Shown piece after piece: positions 11,298 to 23,189 of a stretch of 64,000 bases of DNA. The notes under the pieces are model-generated. The model was not told where the DNA came from and did no database searches. It was given only the letters and a program-made list of their open reading frames with translations. How positions within the stretch are numbered: the stretch's first letter is position 1; the number at the start of each line of letters is the position of its first letter. The position numbers were made by a program, and so were the translations under genes. This stretch comes from Callorhinchus milii. Its lineage: Eukaryota. The DNA lies in the NCBI RefSeq assembly GCF_018977255.1, contig NW_024704743.1:23128001-23192000 (forward strand), written 5' to 3'.

Positions 11298-12062
11298 CTA
11301 TTTGTAGGATATTTGCTTTGTGCAAACTGGCTGCCAAGGCTGGACTAAGGGAACTCTCTCCTCGCCGGCCTTCCTGGCACCTCCCTCCACAAGCTGCAGG
11401 TCATTCAGAACTCTGCAGCTCGTGTACTGTCCCGCACCAGGCTTCGCGACCACATCACTCCCACCCTCGCTCGCCTCCACTGGCTCCCCATCCCCCAGAG
11501 GATCGAATTCAAGATCCTCACCCTCACCTACAAGGCCATTCACGGCGTTGCTCCCTCCTACCTCTCCGACCTACCATCCCCCTATCTACCTGCCGATACC
11601 CTCCGTTCCTCTGGCTCCGGTCTGCTCCACATCCCCCACCCCAACCGCCCTACCATCGGTGGCCGGGCCTTCAGCCTCTCAGCCCCGAGGCTCTGGAACT
11701 CTATTCCCCAGTGCCTTCGCCTTGCTTCCTCCCTTTCCTCCTTCAAGGCCGTCTCAAGACCTTTCTCTTTGACTGTGCCTTCAGCTCCCCTCTCAACTCT
11801 CTACCCCCTCCTCGCTCCCTCCCTTCCCTCCGCTCACCCTGACCATTTCCCCCCTGCTCAGGTCCTGACCCAACTGTACAGCGCCTTGGGACGTCCTCCC
11901 AACGTGAAAGGCGCTCTATAAATGGAATCTTGTTGTTGTTGTTGTTGTTGTTGTGTTTCTCCCACAAAATACAGTCAATACACTTTACAGTATATCCTGT
12001 GAAGTGCGTTGTGATGTCTCAACGACATAAGACACTATATCAAATGCAAGGATTATTATTAT
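11298..12062 (+). mobile_element. SINE 3' half split by the L2 (11298-11336 and 11953-12062)
   Basis: TTTGTAGGATATTTGCTTTGTGCAAACTGGCTGCC | GTGTTTCTCCCACAAAATACAGTCAAT...ATCAAATGCAAGGATTATT. Confidence 0.75.
11337..11952 (+). mobile_element. L2 LINE 3' fragment (tail type A) inserted into a SINE 3' half
   Basis: Encodes LHWLPIPQRIEFKIL and LWNSIP; ends GCGCCTTGGGACGTCCTCCCAACGTGAAAGGCGC(TTG)n. SINE sequence flanks both sides. Confidence 0.92.
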
Positions 12063-12149
12063 ATTACATTTATAGAGTGCCTTTCACATAGGGAGGATGT
12101 CTCAAAGTACTTGGGAGCCAGAATAGACCAATGTTGTCAAACTGTGTCA

Positions 12150-12272
12150 TAATAATAATAATCCTTGCATTGGATATGATATAACGCCTTATCACCTCGT
12201 CGAGACATCTCAAAGCACTTTTCAAGATACACTGTAAAGTGTACTGACTGTGTATTTTGTGGGCGAAACATG
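12150..12272 (-). mobile_element. SINE 3' tail fragment
   Basis: (AAT)nCCTTGCATT...CACTGTAAAGTG...TTTTGTGGGCGAAAC. Confidence 0.8.
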
Positions 12273-12741
12273 ATATTGCTTCACCATGATAATTCCAGCC
12301 ACAATTAGAAGTTGTGTTCCCTTACTAATAACATACGTACAATATTTAGGGCTTTCAGGTTTCCTTGAAGAATTAGCTTGGCTCCCTTACAATATCTTGC
12401 ACTTTCTACTCAATTCAATTTTTAGAACGAAAACTGATCCTAATTTAAATTCATAATATTAAAGTTTAATCTACATAACATCTCATCTATTTACACTTAT
12501 CATTCATCAAATCCCAATATATAGTGCTTCAGGAATGAAATGCACTCCCAATTGAAATGACTCTGTTAACCTGATCCATGTAAGTAGATGAATGATAGTT
12601 CCATCAGTGTGGAGTGGTGGACACTGTGACATCTTTCTCCAGGGATGTGGATGGACGAAGTGACGGAAATATGACCAGATCATGCCTGGGTAAGCCAAAA
12701 GGCAGTCAGCTTTAGAGGGACATTGGAAGAGTCTGAGAACA

Positions 12742-12988
12742 GAAACCTTGGGCAAGTTTCCTTACTCCACATACCCGATAATAATCCCTCAAAAAAAAAT
12801 GATAAATTGGTCACTTCAATCCACGACTGTTTGTGGGACACTGTTGTGCGCAATTGACTGCCGCGTTTTGCCCACAAAATATACAGTCAATTCACTTAAC
12901 AGTATATTCTGTGAGCGCTTTGAGACGTCTAGAAGACGTGTAAAGCGCAATATCAAATGCAAGGCTTGTTATTATTATTATTATTATT
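12742..12988 (+). mobile_element. tRNA-derived SINE, short form, 5'-truncated
   Basis: Begins GAAACCTTGGGCAAGTTTCCTTACTCCAC and ends (ATT)n. Confidence 0.9.
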
Positions 12989-13693
12989 AACAGTCAATTG
13001 TGTGTCTTCTTGGCAACAAGGAATGAGTCCAAGTGGACAAGGATATCTTGTATCAAGGAAAGATTATATTAATTATAAAATAAAACAATAGACCCATTAG
13101 TGCAAATTGTAGCCAACAGAAATATTTCTTCTCCATTGAATGTTAACACTCTAATTTGTGAATGTATCAATCAATGGAATTGACAGGTAAGAAATGTATC
13201 TTAAAATGATGAATCCAAATGCAGAAATTTTCTGTTATGAAGGAATGACATTTTGTATTGACTATTTTATCTCATCTAAATGTAATTAAGTGTTAATTGA
13301 ATGTGTTTAATTGAGGTTTAAGTGAATCATATTATCCATTTATGGTTCATTAATAACAATTTTGTTCCACTATATAAATCTTCCCAGGGGCAATTCCTTC
13401 AAGAGCTCAATTTTAGGCTGGCCATTGACATTTATGTACTGATACCTGGAAAGGTTGGAAAGTTAGAGACTGATTCATAGCATGCTCCCTTCATGTTACA
13501 TAAATTTACTGTAAGAATTATTGTTTTCTGCTGTCAATATTCAATTTCCATCCCTCATTCTTCCTCTCCTGGCATAGTAAGGTCCTCTCCATGTCTATGA
13601 GGTCAAGTACTCCAAATTGTTTAATTCATACTTTAGCACAGATCTCTATGTGGAGGTTTCCATTTGGTATCTGGTCTAACAACAACTACAATA

Positions 13694-14074
13694 AATAATA
13701 ATAATAATCCTTGCATTTGATATAGCGCCTTATCACGTCTTCAAGACATCTCAAAGCGCTTCATCGAATACACTGTAAAGTGAATTGACTGTCTATTCTG
13801 TGGGTGAAATGTGGAAGCCAATTGTGCACAGCAGTGTCCTACAAACAGTCATGAATTGAAGTAACCAAATTTATTATTATTATTTTTGAAGGAATTATTA
13901 CCCCCAAGAAAGCAATCCTCCAATCGACTAACAACCACGTTCCTACTTACTTCTAGGTAAACAGAGGTGTGTGGAGTAAGGAAACTTGCCCAACATTTCA
14001 CCTTGCTGGGAATCAAATCCGGCTCGCCTCACTTGCAAATCGAGTATGCTAACCACTGTACTACAGGACTTCAC
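13694..14074 (-). mobile_element. tRNA-derived SINE, long form, full length
   Basis: Head and tail as in the short form plus a 64-nt extra segment at 13901-13964; sits in the (AAC)n tail of an L2. Confidence 0.88.
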
Positions 14075-15095
14075 TGTTGCATTTATATAGCATCCTTCAC
14101 ACACTGTAGCGTCCCAGAGCACTTGACAGTGGCAGAGAACGACGTCAAGCCGAGGGGAGGGGGATGTGACCGTAGACACGGTTGAAGAGGAAGGTCTTCA
14201 GGCTCAACCTGATGATGGGGAAGGAACAACAACAACAAAATGACATTTGTAAAGCGCCTTTCATATTGGGAGGATGTCCCAAGGCGCTAGACAGTCAGTG
14301 TTTCGAATCCAAGCTGGGGGTCAGCTACGCAGTGGGTGGAGGCCGGGGAGTGGGGGGGAAAGAGGGTGATTGAAGGCATGTTAAAAGAGGAGGGTCTTGA
14401 GACGGGTCTTGAAGGAGGAAAGGGAGGGGTGAGGTGGAGGGACTGTGGGATGGAGTTCCAGAGGGTGGGGGCAGAGTGGCTGAAGGTGAGGCGGGGGACG
14501 TGAAGCAGGCCGGAATCTGCTGAATGGAAGGGGCGGCCAGATTGATAGGGTGTTAGGAGGTCGCAGAGGTAGGGGGGGAGCAAGACCATGGAAAAGTAGG
14601 AAAAGTAGATTTGAGTGTCATCCGCAAACATGTGGAAGTTTACTCTGTGTCTGCAGATGATATGGCAACTCTGGAACTCTCTCCCTCCATCCTCTGCCGT
14701 GTCCCCTCCCTCCCACTTTCAAACCCCGCCTAAAGACCTTCCTTTTTGATTGTGCTGACGGTCACCTGCCCACTCCCTCTCCTCCTGGTTTGGCGTCAGA
14801 CTCTGCCACTGTCAAGCGCTCCGGGACCTACCCCATGAGAAGGGCACTAAATAAATGCAAGTTGTTGTTGACATTGCTAAGAGGGAGCATATAGATGAGG
14901 AAGAGGAGAGAGCCAAGGATGCAGCCTGGTGGTACATCAAAGCTGACTGGGTACCTCGGGAGGAGAAATTGTTGAAGAGACAAAGTGAAGGCGGCTTGTT
15001 AGGTTTGGTTGCTCGAACCAGGCTAGTGCGGACCCACTAAGGTGGATGAGGGAGGAGAGGCGGTAGATGAGGATGACGTGGTTGACTGTGTCTAA
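14075..15095 (-). mobile_element. Cluster of L2 fragments: minus-strand 14075-14225 and 14226-15095, with a plus-strand L2 tail inserted at about 14662-14869
   Basis: MFADDTQIY and LWNSIPQ on the minus strand; plus-strand LKTFLF and ATAAATGCAAG(TTG)n within it. Confidence 0.8.
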
Positions 15096-15129
15096 GCTGT
15101 TATATTTTATGATTCAGCTTGTACAGTGA

Positions 15130-15310
15130 AATGGACAGCTCAATTGTGGGAGGTCATCACAGAGGGATCCGTGAGTGCTCTCCTCAGCCAACATCTACAA
15201 ACACACACACTTCCCACATCAGTCATTCAATGCCCATTGTTATAAGTGATCCCGGTTGATTTTTCTCCTTCCATTCCCAGGAATACATTGAAGCCATCTT
15301 GGAACTCTAC
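15130..15310 (-). mobile_element. Possible ancient CORE/MIR-like shark SINE remnant
   Basis: ACACACACTTCCCA...CCCGGTTGATTTTTCTCCTTCC...CCCAGG...TGAAGCCA resembles an old chondrichthyan SINE as I remember it; not verified. Confidence 0.35.
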
Positions 15311-15792
15311 AGAAGATTAATTAACAACAACTTGGATTTATATATATATGTAGCACCCTCCGCGCCGGACAAGGAATGACCAGGCTGCACCTACCCAACG
15401 CAATTAGATTGCATTCATGCAGCTTCCCTCTATCAAAATGCAAGGATTGGATTATTATTGTTATTATTATTATAGGATGTCATCTTTAATTACACTTCTC
15501 TCATTCAGAAATTTGAAGCATTGCATTCTTGTCACAGGCTTTGTCAATTAAACTGAATTGAAACAGAGAGTGAGCCATCAATACCAAGGTAGAAATAAAC
15601 AACAACATGTACAAACACTAAGGATGTAGAAGCAAAAAGAGATTGGAAAGACTGAAGAAATCCTATAAACATCTCATGTAACCAGCCAGGTTAGTCATGC
15701 CTGGGACTTAATGGTCTCCAATCAAAAGTCAACTAGTCCATAAAAGAAACAATAGAAAAAGATCTATCTTAGATCCATGAAGTTCACTTTAA

Positions 15793-15925
15793 TCTTAACA
15801 CAGTGGACAAGGCCATCTCGGACCACTTCCTCATCTCCTTCTCCTCTCAGACTCCGCCATGGTCAAACACTCCAGGACACTACTCCTCGTGAAAGGCTCC
15901 ATATAAATTCAAGCTGTTGTTGTTG
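15793..15925 (+). mobile_element. Internally deleted L2 (end of APE joined directly to a 3' tail)
   Basis: 15802-15849 is nearly identical to 16976-17023 (VDKAISDHFLISFSS) and is followed by ...GTGAAAGGCTCCATATAAATTCAAGC(TGT)n. Confidence 0.7.
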
Positions 15926-16499
15926 TATGTATCAGACATCCGGCTGATCATAAAAAAGCTATGTCTCTGATCAATTGAAAGCAGTGCCGGCCATAGCCTT
16001 CTTTCATCCACAAAATACACAGTAAATTCACTTTACTATATTCTGTCAAGCACTTTGAGGCATATCAATCATGTTGTTAGATTACAGAAGTTGTAGTCTA
16101 ATAATAATGAACATTAAACAAATGTAGAATGGATTGATTTCTAACAACAACAACAACAACAACAAGGTGCTTCTATCTGTCAGAGTGTCTTTCAACAAGC
16201 AGAGGCACGTAAATTAATTTTCTTGTGTGAGTCAAAGAAATAAAATCCATTAGGACAACTTAGTACTTTCCAAACTGTTCAATTAACACGTCGCCCAAAA
16301 ATAGTCCTGACAAAAAGTAACGATTTTAACATGGTGGAATGATGTTCATTTAAAACTTGCAAAAATTTTAAAACTTGCATTTCATTCTGAGATTTCAGGA
16401 CTTGATGTCACACATTTTGGGCTTGTTACTCTACAATAATAGTTCAGGAACAAAATGTTGGAGTATCCTGTATCAAATCAACATTTAGAATCCTTGGCA

Positions 16500-19400
16500 T
16501 CTTGAACGATGCAGATTAAGTCCTTCAGATGAGATGTTAAACCAAGATCCTATATGTCTGTTCATGTGGGCGTTAAAAACCCATTGGCACTATGAAGGGG
16601 GTTTCTCCTGATTTTCTAGCTAACAATCCTCCAGATAAAATTGGTCCAGATAAAATTATCCTTTGAACACCTCACCCTCTTCCATCCCTCTCTACCACTG
16701 AAAATCCTTCTGGTCTACCATCCCCCTAAGCCCCCTGGCTCCTTCCTCTCTGATATCTCCACTCTGCTCTGTTCCCTGTCCCTCTGCTCCGAACGCTTAC
16801 TCATAATGGGTGATTTCAACCTCCACCTAAACTCCCCTTGCACCACTTCTTCTGACTTCACTGCCCTCCTCTCCTCCCTAAACCTCACCCTTCACATTAA
16901 TTCACCGACCCACAAATGTGGCCATGCCCTTGACTTCGTCATCACCTATGGCCTTGACATTTCCGACCTTAGCATAGTGGACAAGGCCATTTCGGACCAC
17001 TTCCTCATCTCCTTCTCCTCTCACATCCCTCTCTTCTCCACCAAGCCCTCAATCATACTCTACCCCCCGTGGAAAAGGTTGAGACCCTCACAAAGGCCCT
17101 CACATCCTCCAGTATCCTATTCCTCTAGCCTTTCACCTACAGAGATCCTGAAGCAGCCGTCCAGCTGCTCCATGATCGCCTCTCCTTCACCTTCAACTCC
17201 CTCGTCCCCGTGAAATCCAGGACCATCTCCAAACCCACCTGATCCCCTTGGTACAACAATCATCTCCGCTCCCTAAAAACCCCAACCCAGCTGCTCGAGC
17301 ACAGAAGGTAGAAAACTGGCCTGACAGTTCACCACCAACTGTGACTCGAGCATCTCCACAGCTCCTGCCGTTCTTTGACGTGCGCAAAAACGGCCTTCAA
17401 CTCCAACATCATTTTGGAGGCAAAAAAACAATCCCAAAGTCCTTTTTTCCACGACCCACTACCTCCTCCGGGCGCCCCCTCAGGCCTCCTCAATCTTCAC
17501 ATCTAATGCCAACTATGAGGAGGTCATGGACTTCTTTTCAACCAAAATACATAACGTGCGCCAGGCAGCCTCATCCTCCTGCCTCCTGTCACCCACCACC
17601 ACCCCTCTCCGTCCCCCTCACCCTCCCCATTATCAGCTTCTACCATGACCCCCATCCTACATTCCTTCCTCCCCATTTCTCCTTCCTCCCTCTCATCCAC
17701 CATCACTTCAATGAAACCCACCACCTGCTGCCTCGATCCCCTCCCCACCAACTTGCTGGTCACCCATCTTCCCCTCCTCTGCCCACTACTGGCTGATGTC
17801 ATCAACCAGGCCCTCTCCGCTGGATCAGTCCCTGCCCCCCTCAAAATTGCTGTCATCACCCCCCTCCTCGAAAAACCTTCCCTGGATCCCTCAAACCCCA
17901 GCTACTACTGCACTATTTCAAACTTGCCTTTCCTCACCAAAGTCCTAGAACGCGTCATTGCCAATCAACTCCACGCACACCTCTCCTCCCACTCCCTCTT
18001 CGAACTCCTCCAGTCCAGTTCCCGCCCGGCCCACAGTACAGAGACTGCGCTTGTGAAAGTGACAAATGGCATCCTCTCTATCTGTGACCAGGGCTCCCTC
18101 TGCCTCCTTGTCCTCCTGGACCTCTCCGCCGCGTTCGACACAGTCGATCACGCTATCCTCCTTCCACCGCCTTTCCTCTGTCATCCACCTCAGTGGGAGT
18201 GCACTCTCCTGGTTCGAGGCCAACCTCATAAACCGCCAGCAGTACATCTGCACAAATGGCTTTTCCTCCCGCTCTCACCCGGTTACCTGCGGGGTACCCC
18301 AAGGATCCATCCTTGGCCCTCTCCTCTTTCTGATCTATATGCTCCCTCTTGGAGATGTCATCCGCAGACATGGAGTACACTTCCACATGTATGCGGACGA
18401 CACCCAACTCTATTTTTCCACCTCACTTTGCGACCCCCAGTCCCCTGATGTTCTGTCAGCCTGCCTGTCAGACCTCAGGGGCTGGATGAGCGCATGTTTC
18501 CTTCAGCTAAATGTTGACAAGATGGAAGCCATACCCTTGGTTCTTGTCAATGTCTAAAATCGCATGGTTCTCACCTCCTCCACCTACCTGACCTCCCCCT
18601 AAAACTCTCCAAACCTGTATGCAAACTAGGCGTCAGGTTCGACTCCCAATTATCCTTCCTCCCCGACATCCGGTCCCTCACAGGCACCGCTTTCTTCCAC
18701 CTCTGATGCAATGCCCGTCTCCGCCATACCTCTCTCCAAAAGCCGTCAAAACCCTGTTCCATGCCTTTGTCATCTCTCGGCTGGACTATTCAAATGCCCT
18801 CCTCGCCGGTCTCCCCTCCACTACCATTCATAAAATCTAGGTCATCCAGAACTCTGCAGTCCGCATTCTTACCTGCACCAACTCCACTCCCCGATTACTC
18901 CAGTTCCTTATAGACTGCACTGGCTGCCTGTCCCAGAGAGGATCAACTTCAAGATCCTCACTCTTGTCTTCAAATCCCTCCACTCCTCTGCACCCCCCTA
19001 CCTCTCTGACCTCCTCTCTCCTCACAACAGTCCCCGTTGCCTTTGCTCCACCGGGTCTGGCCTCCTCCTTGAACCCCAAATCCTCCGCTCCACCATTGGC
19101 GGCCGTGCCTTCAGCCACTATGCCCCGAGGCTCTGGAACTTCCTTCCTCACTCCCTTCGCCTCGTCCCCTCTCTTCCTATTTTCAGGTCTTGGCTGAAGA
19201 CCTTTCTTTTCGACTGCGCTTTGGTCACCGTCTTCCCCCTCCCTCTGGCTCGGCCCCGGGATTCGTTACTGTAAAGCGCTCTGTAATGCTGTCCGGCATG
19301 GAGGGCGCTATAAAAATCCAAGTTGTTTTGTTGTTGTCTCTTATTTCATAGTTGCTGGTGGGTCATTGCTGTGCATAAATGGAATGCAAACACTTACAAA

Positions 19401-19505
19401 TACTAGTCACGACATTTTACTGTAAAGCCTGTGAAGTGCTTTGAGTCATCCTTTCAACATGAAAGGTGCTGTACCAAATGAGAGGATGCAAGGATTATTA
19501 CTATT
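16500..19505 (+). mobile_element. Old DeuSINE-type SINE (16500-16658 and 19338-19505) split by an L2
   Basis: CAGATGAGATGTTAAACCAAG...CCCATTGGCACTA on the left; TTGCTGTGCATAAATGG...TGTGAAGTGCTTTGAG...GCAAGGATTATT on the right. Confidence 0.7.
16659..19337 (+). mobile_element. L2 LINE (tail type B), 5'-truncated ORF2 (APE C-terminal half + RT), frameshifted
   Basis: IMGDFNLH, GHALD, SDHF, HSTETAL, LLDLSAAFDTVDH, GVPQGSILGPLLF, MYADDTQLY; tail GCGCTCTG...GGAGGGCGC...(TTG)n. Confidence 0.95.
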
Positions 19506-21130
19506 TTATTACTTTTGAATTCAATCACTCCCTGTAAAAAAACAAAATCCGGTATGCCCTTTTAATAGCCTTCACCTCCTGTAAACAATCTATGTATTTA
19601 ATCCCCTAGATTCCTTTGTTCCACAATGCCATTGACAATCTATTCTTCTTCACAAAGTGCCCTCATTCATCTTTTTTTGTATTGAGTTTCCTTTTCCATA
19701 AATCCACCCACTCTATTAACTTTCAATATTTGCCTGTAGTGCTCATACCAGTAAAAACAACTCCAAATGTAATCTAATCCATGAATCTGGATATTATTCA
19801 GGAGCAATCCTAAAACAATCCCTGGACTACCCCACTAACTGTCCTCTGCCATTCTGAAAATCTCCTTTAATTCCTATTCCATGCCACTTGTTTTTCAGTC
19901 ATTTCTCTACCCGTTTGCTACTTGTTCATCAATCCCAGGTACCTTGATTTTGAACTCAAATCTCTTATTTAGCAATTTAACAAATGTTTTCCAAGGGTCC
20001 ATATCTGTAACATTTACCACATCTCCTGTATCGAGGAGGAGACAAATTTGATCCAAGTAGTCAGATACACCCTGCCCTTTATAAAACAATAGTAGATATC
20101 CTTGGACTCTGAGACGCTATCCTCTATGAAGGCTCAATAGCAATACATGTTTTTGTATCCTTTACCAGTTCCATCCTTTCTGACCCTTTTGCAATCTCCG
20201 TTATTATGACCTCAAATACGAATAACAAGCGACTCAATGTAGATCTGTCCTTCTCTAGGTTTGTAATTCTCCAGCTCTTCCTTTTCCCTTTCTTGAATAA
20301 CAGTGAAATTTGCAAGTCCTCCTGGATAATCGCCATATCTCCAGATTACAGAAAAATGATGGAACGAGGCTTGCTGTTTCATATCTAAGATCCCTCAGGA
20401 TTTTGCCATCGGGACCTGGAGGTTTAGCTTATTTAAGTCCCATTAACCCTGTTCCTTCTACCATTTTTAAGCTCTGGGGAGAAATTGCACCAGGGTCTAG
20501 ATTTAATCTATTTCTGTAGGAACTCAGAGCATCCAGAATTTAGCAAATTGTTGAATTCAGTCTTAACTTTGGAGTTTTTTTTNAAGAGCTTAGGGAAAAG
20601 TAGCTGCAAAATTAAGGTTATATTTAAGAATTTGTCAAATTCTGGATGCTCTAAAATGCTACATTGAGTCAATTGAGACCTCAGTAAAATTTACATTCAT
20701 TTCTGGGTTCCCTTCTCCTATTCTACATCAACATCATCTCCTCCTTCCATAAACACAGAGGTGAAATATGTTTTGAGCATCTCCACTATCAATTTATGCT
20801 GATCTATTACAATATCTTCCTCACCTGACAGTGGCTGCATTATAAAGAGAATGACTATTCTCTTCTTATTCATGTATTTACAAAAGGATTTATTATTGCC
20901 TGAAACATTCTGGGTGAATTGTTCTTGACATAAGAATAATGTATCACGGGAATGTAAACACGGGAAGCCCGAAATAGTCCCTTTCCAATCTTTTGTACAC
21001 TGTCGCTTAATGTTCCTTACCACTTTCTTTACTCCACTCTTATTCTTAAAATAAATCTGACAATTACTTTCCATATCATTTGCTATTAATCCTTGATACA
21101 TAACCTGGTAGCTAACTCTTCTTGCTAACA
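19505..21130 (-). mobile_element. Old, heavily decayed CR1 LINE fragment
   Basis: Minus-strand ORFs: LLDTGDVVNVTDMDPWKTFVKL (D.G..VDV.Y.DF.KAFDK), ISLLFKKGKR, NNKSFCKYMN, EMLKTYFTSVF. Confidence 0.75.
20491..20682. mobile_element. Palindromic MITE-like element inside the CR1
   Basis: About 50-bp imperfect inverted repeat: AGAGCATCCAGAATTT.. at 20526 and ..AAATTCTGGATGCTCT ending 20652; left end CAGGGTCT. Confidence 0.65.
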
Positions 21131-22745
21131 CAATATTAAACTATATTATGTCTGGTAATTGCATGTGCATTCAGCAGATGGAGATATTAAAAAAAAGTAA
21201 AAGCTTATCTGAGTATATTGACTGCACAGTGAACAAATTTGATGGGGATCAACTAATTTCTTAATGGACAGCACAAAACTGTTGTTGATTCAAATCAGCA
21301 ATAGGGAACAGTGGATAACTAGTGTGGGAAATGGAAAAGATATTAAATGGAAAAGATACCAGTGCAGTAGACGCTGATTTTCTGAGATGAATGTTCAGGC
21401 ACATTATTGTTGATATGAGCAGACCAGATAGAAGAGTCCCATTTCCCAGATCTAAAATGTTTTATCTAAAACATCGCAAAATATACCAAAAACCTCCCAA
21501 ATACTGTAATGTGCTGCATTCAGTCTGATCGTGCAGCCCCAAATCTCTATGGGATCAGAAATGAGCCAGTGTGCTGGAAATTGACTGACGTCATCCAGAC
21601 AGGATCATGGAAAAGCTCTGTAGTGTGCTGATCAATATCTGTCAGTGTTGCAGAGTTCAGTGAAGCACTGCATTTGAACACACATATAACCCTGAAATAT
21701 CAAAGTGTTGACCCTTTCTGCACTCAAGCCATTTATTCTACTAGTATGTTTTGTGGCAGAGGTATCATTCTGGGTTGAGTATGCTACATGAATCTCAATT
21801 GTTACCCTTCAGTTCTTTTTAGTACCAGTTGGAACACTGTCAAATTGATTTCTCAAAGTGGTCCCAGACCACAATCAGATCACATTTAATAGCTTGGCTG
21901 AACATAATATAAATGTACTTTCTCAAGCTGTCATTTGATTTTTTTTGGAAAAAAAATAATTCTCTTCCTTGATGGTTCCGGCAAGACATCCTTTCTCATT
22001 ATACTTACATTGCGTTAATGTTTTATCAGTGACGTTACCTGACATCACGAGCCTTCAATGGGATAATGCTGTCCATGGAGCTGTCAGTGTTTTCCCACAG
22101 TCCTTCAACAGAAGGTACAATACAAGCAACGCAGACCGATCAATGTCAGGCCTTCCTGCTCTCCAGTGTTTCACACTTCAGGTTTGCATAAAGCTCCATC
22201 TGGCAGGCTGTCCACCCACTTATGAAACTCACCTAACAGAAACAGTGCTCATTCATTACCAAATTATTTCTATATTATGTACAGTTTTTCTGCATTTTTA
22301 CTGCATGTGTTTCGAGTAAAAACTCACTAAAAGTTTTGTAACAATTCTACTGTTTCCTCACATTTTTTTTTAGTGTCATAGTGTTGATGAAATACTGTTT
22401 GTAATGGTATCACACCCCAAGTGTTCTGACATAAGCCAATTTTACAATTCCATTCTGAATGGTGGGAGTTTTGGTTAGACTCTTAAATGATATTGGTCTA
22501 ATCCAGGCCTTGTGTGAAGAGATGATCAGGTGTAATTTAATACCTTTTTTCAGAGTAGAATAGGGAGATTGTTAGGGTTTATATTGCAGACTTCATACCA
22601 GTTTGCTTGAAATATTGATCTCATAACTCTATAAAGCATACAAGTCTAAAATCATACATGTTCCCATGGAAATATTTGCTTGGGCACATCCAACAAAAAA
22701 AAATTATCTTGTGTTTCATCCACTCATGTTCCCTGTCCACCATTG

Positions 22746-22950
22746 AACAACAACAACAACAAGATTGCATTTATAGAGCGCCTTTCACGTTGGGAGGGTG
22801 TCCCAAGGCGCTGGACAGTTGGGTTGGGACCCGAGCAGGGAGGAAATGGTCAGGGTGAAGGGAGGGAAGGGAGCGAGGAGGGGAGGGAAGGGAGGGAGCG
22901 AGGAGGGGGTAGAGAGTTGAGAGGGGAGCTGAAGGCACGGTTGAAGAGAA
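22746..22950 (-). mobile_element. L2 3' tail (type A)
   Basis: Reverse complement of the 11760-11952 tail, highly similar. Confidence 0.9.
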
Positions 22951-23189
22951 AAACTAGAATTCACTAGATTTTGGAAAAAGGATCATTTACACACTGCACC
23001 AAACATCCAACATGTCTATTCTATCCTTTCGTTCATTTCAAGCTCCCATTCACCTACTTCCACACAAAAGGTGAACTTTTTGTAAATGTATTGTAATCTA
23101 CTAATGAATAGGTTCTCTCCATATATTAGTGTAGACATGTTATATGCTAAGTTCTGAAACATTCTTAATGTAATGGAAATAAATAATTG

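Noticed and set aside
16293..16422. Weak inverted repeats here and at 36678-36756 and 57641-57751
   Set aside because: Arms are short or too degenerate to separate from chance by eye; possible ancient MITEs but unsupported.
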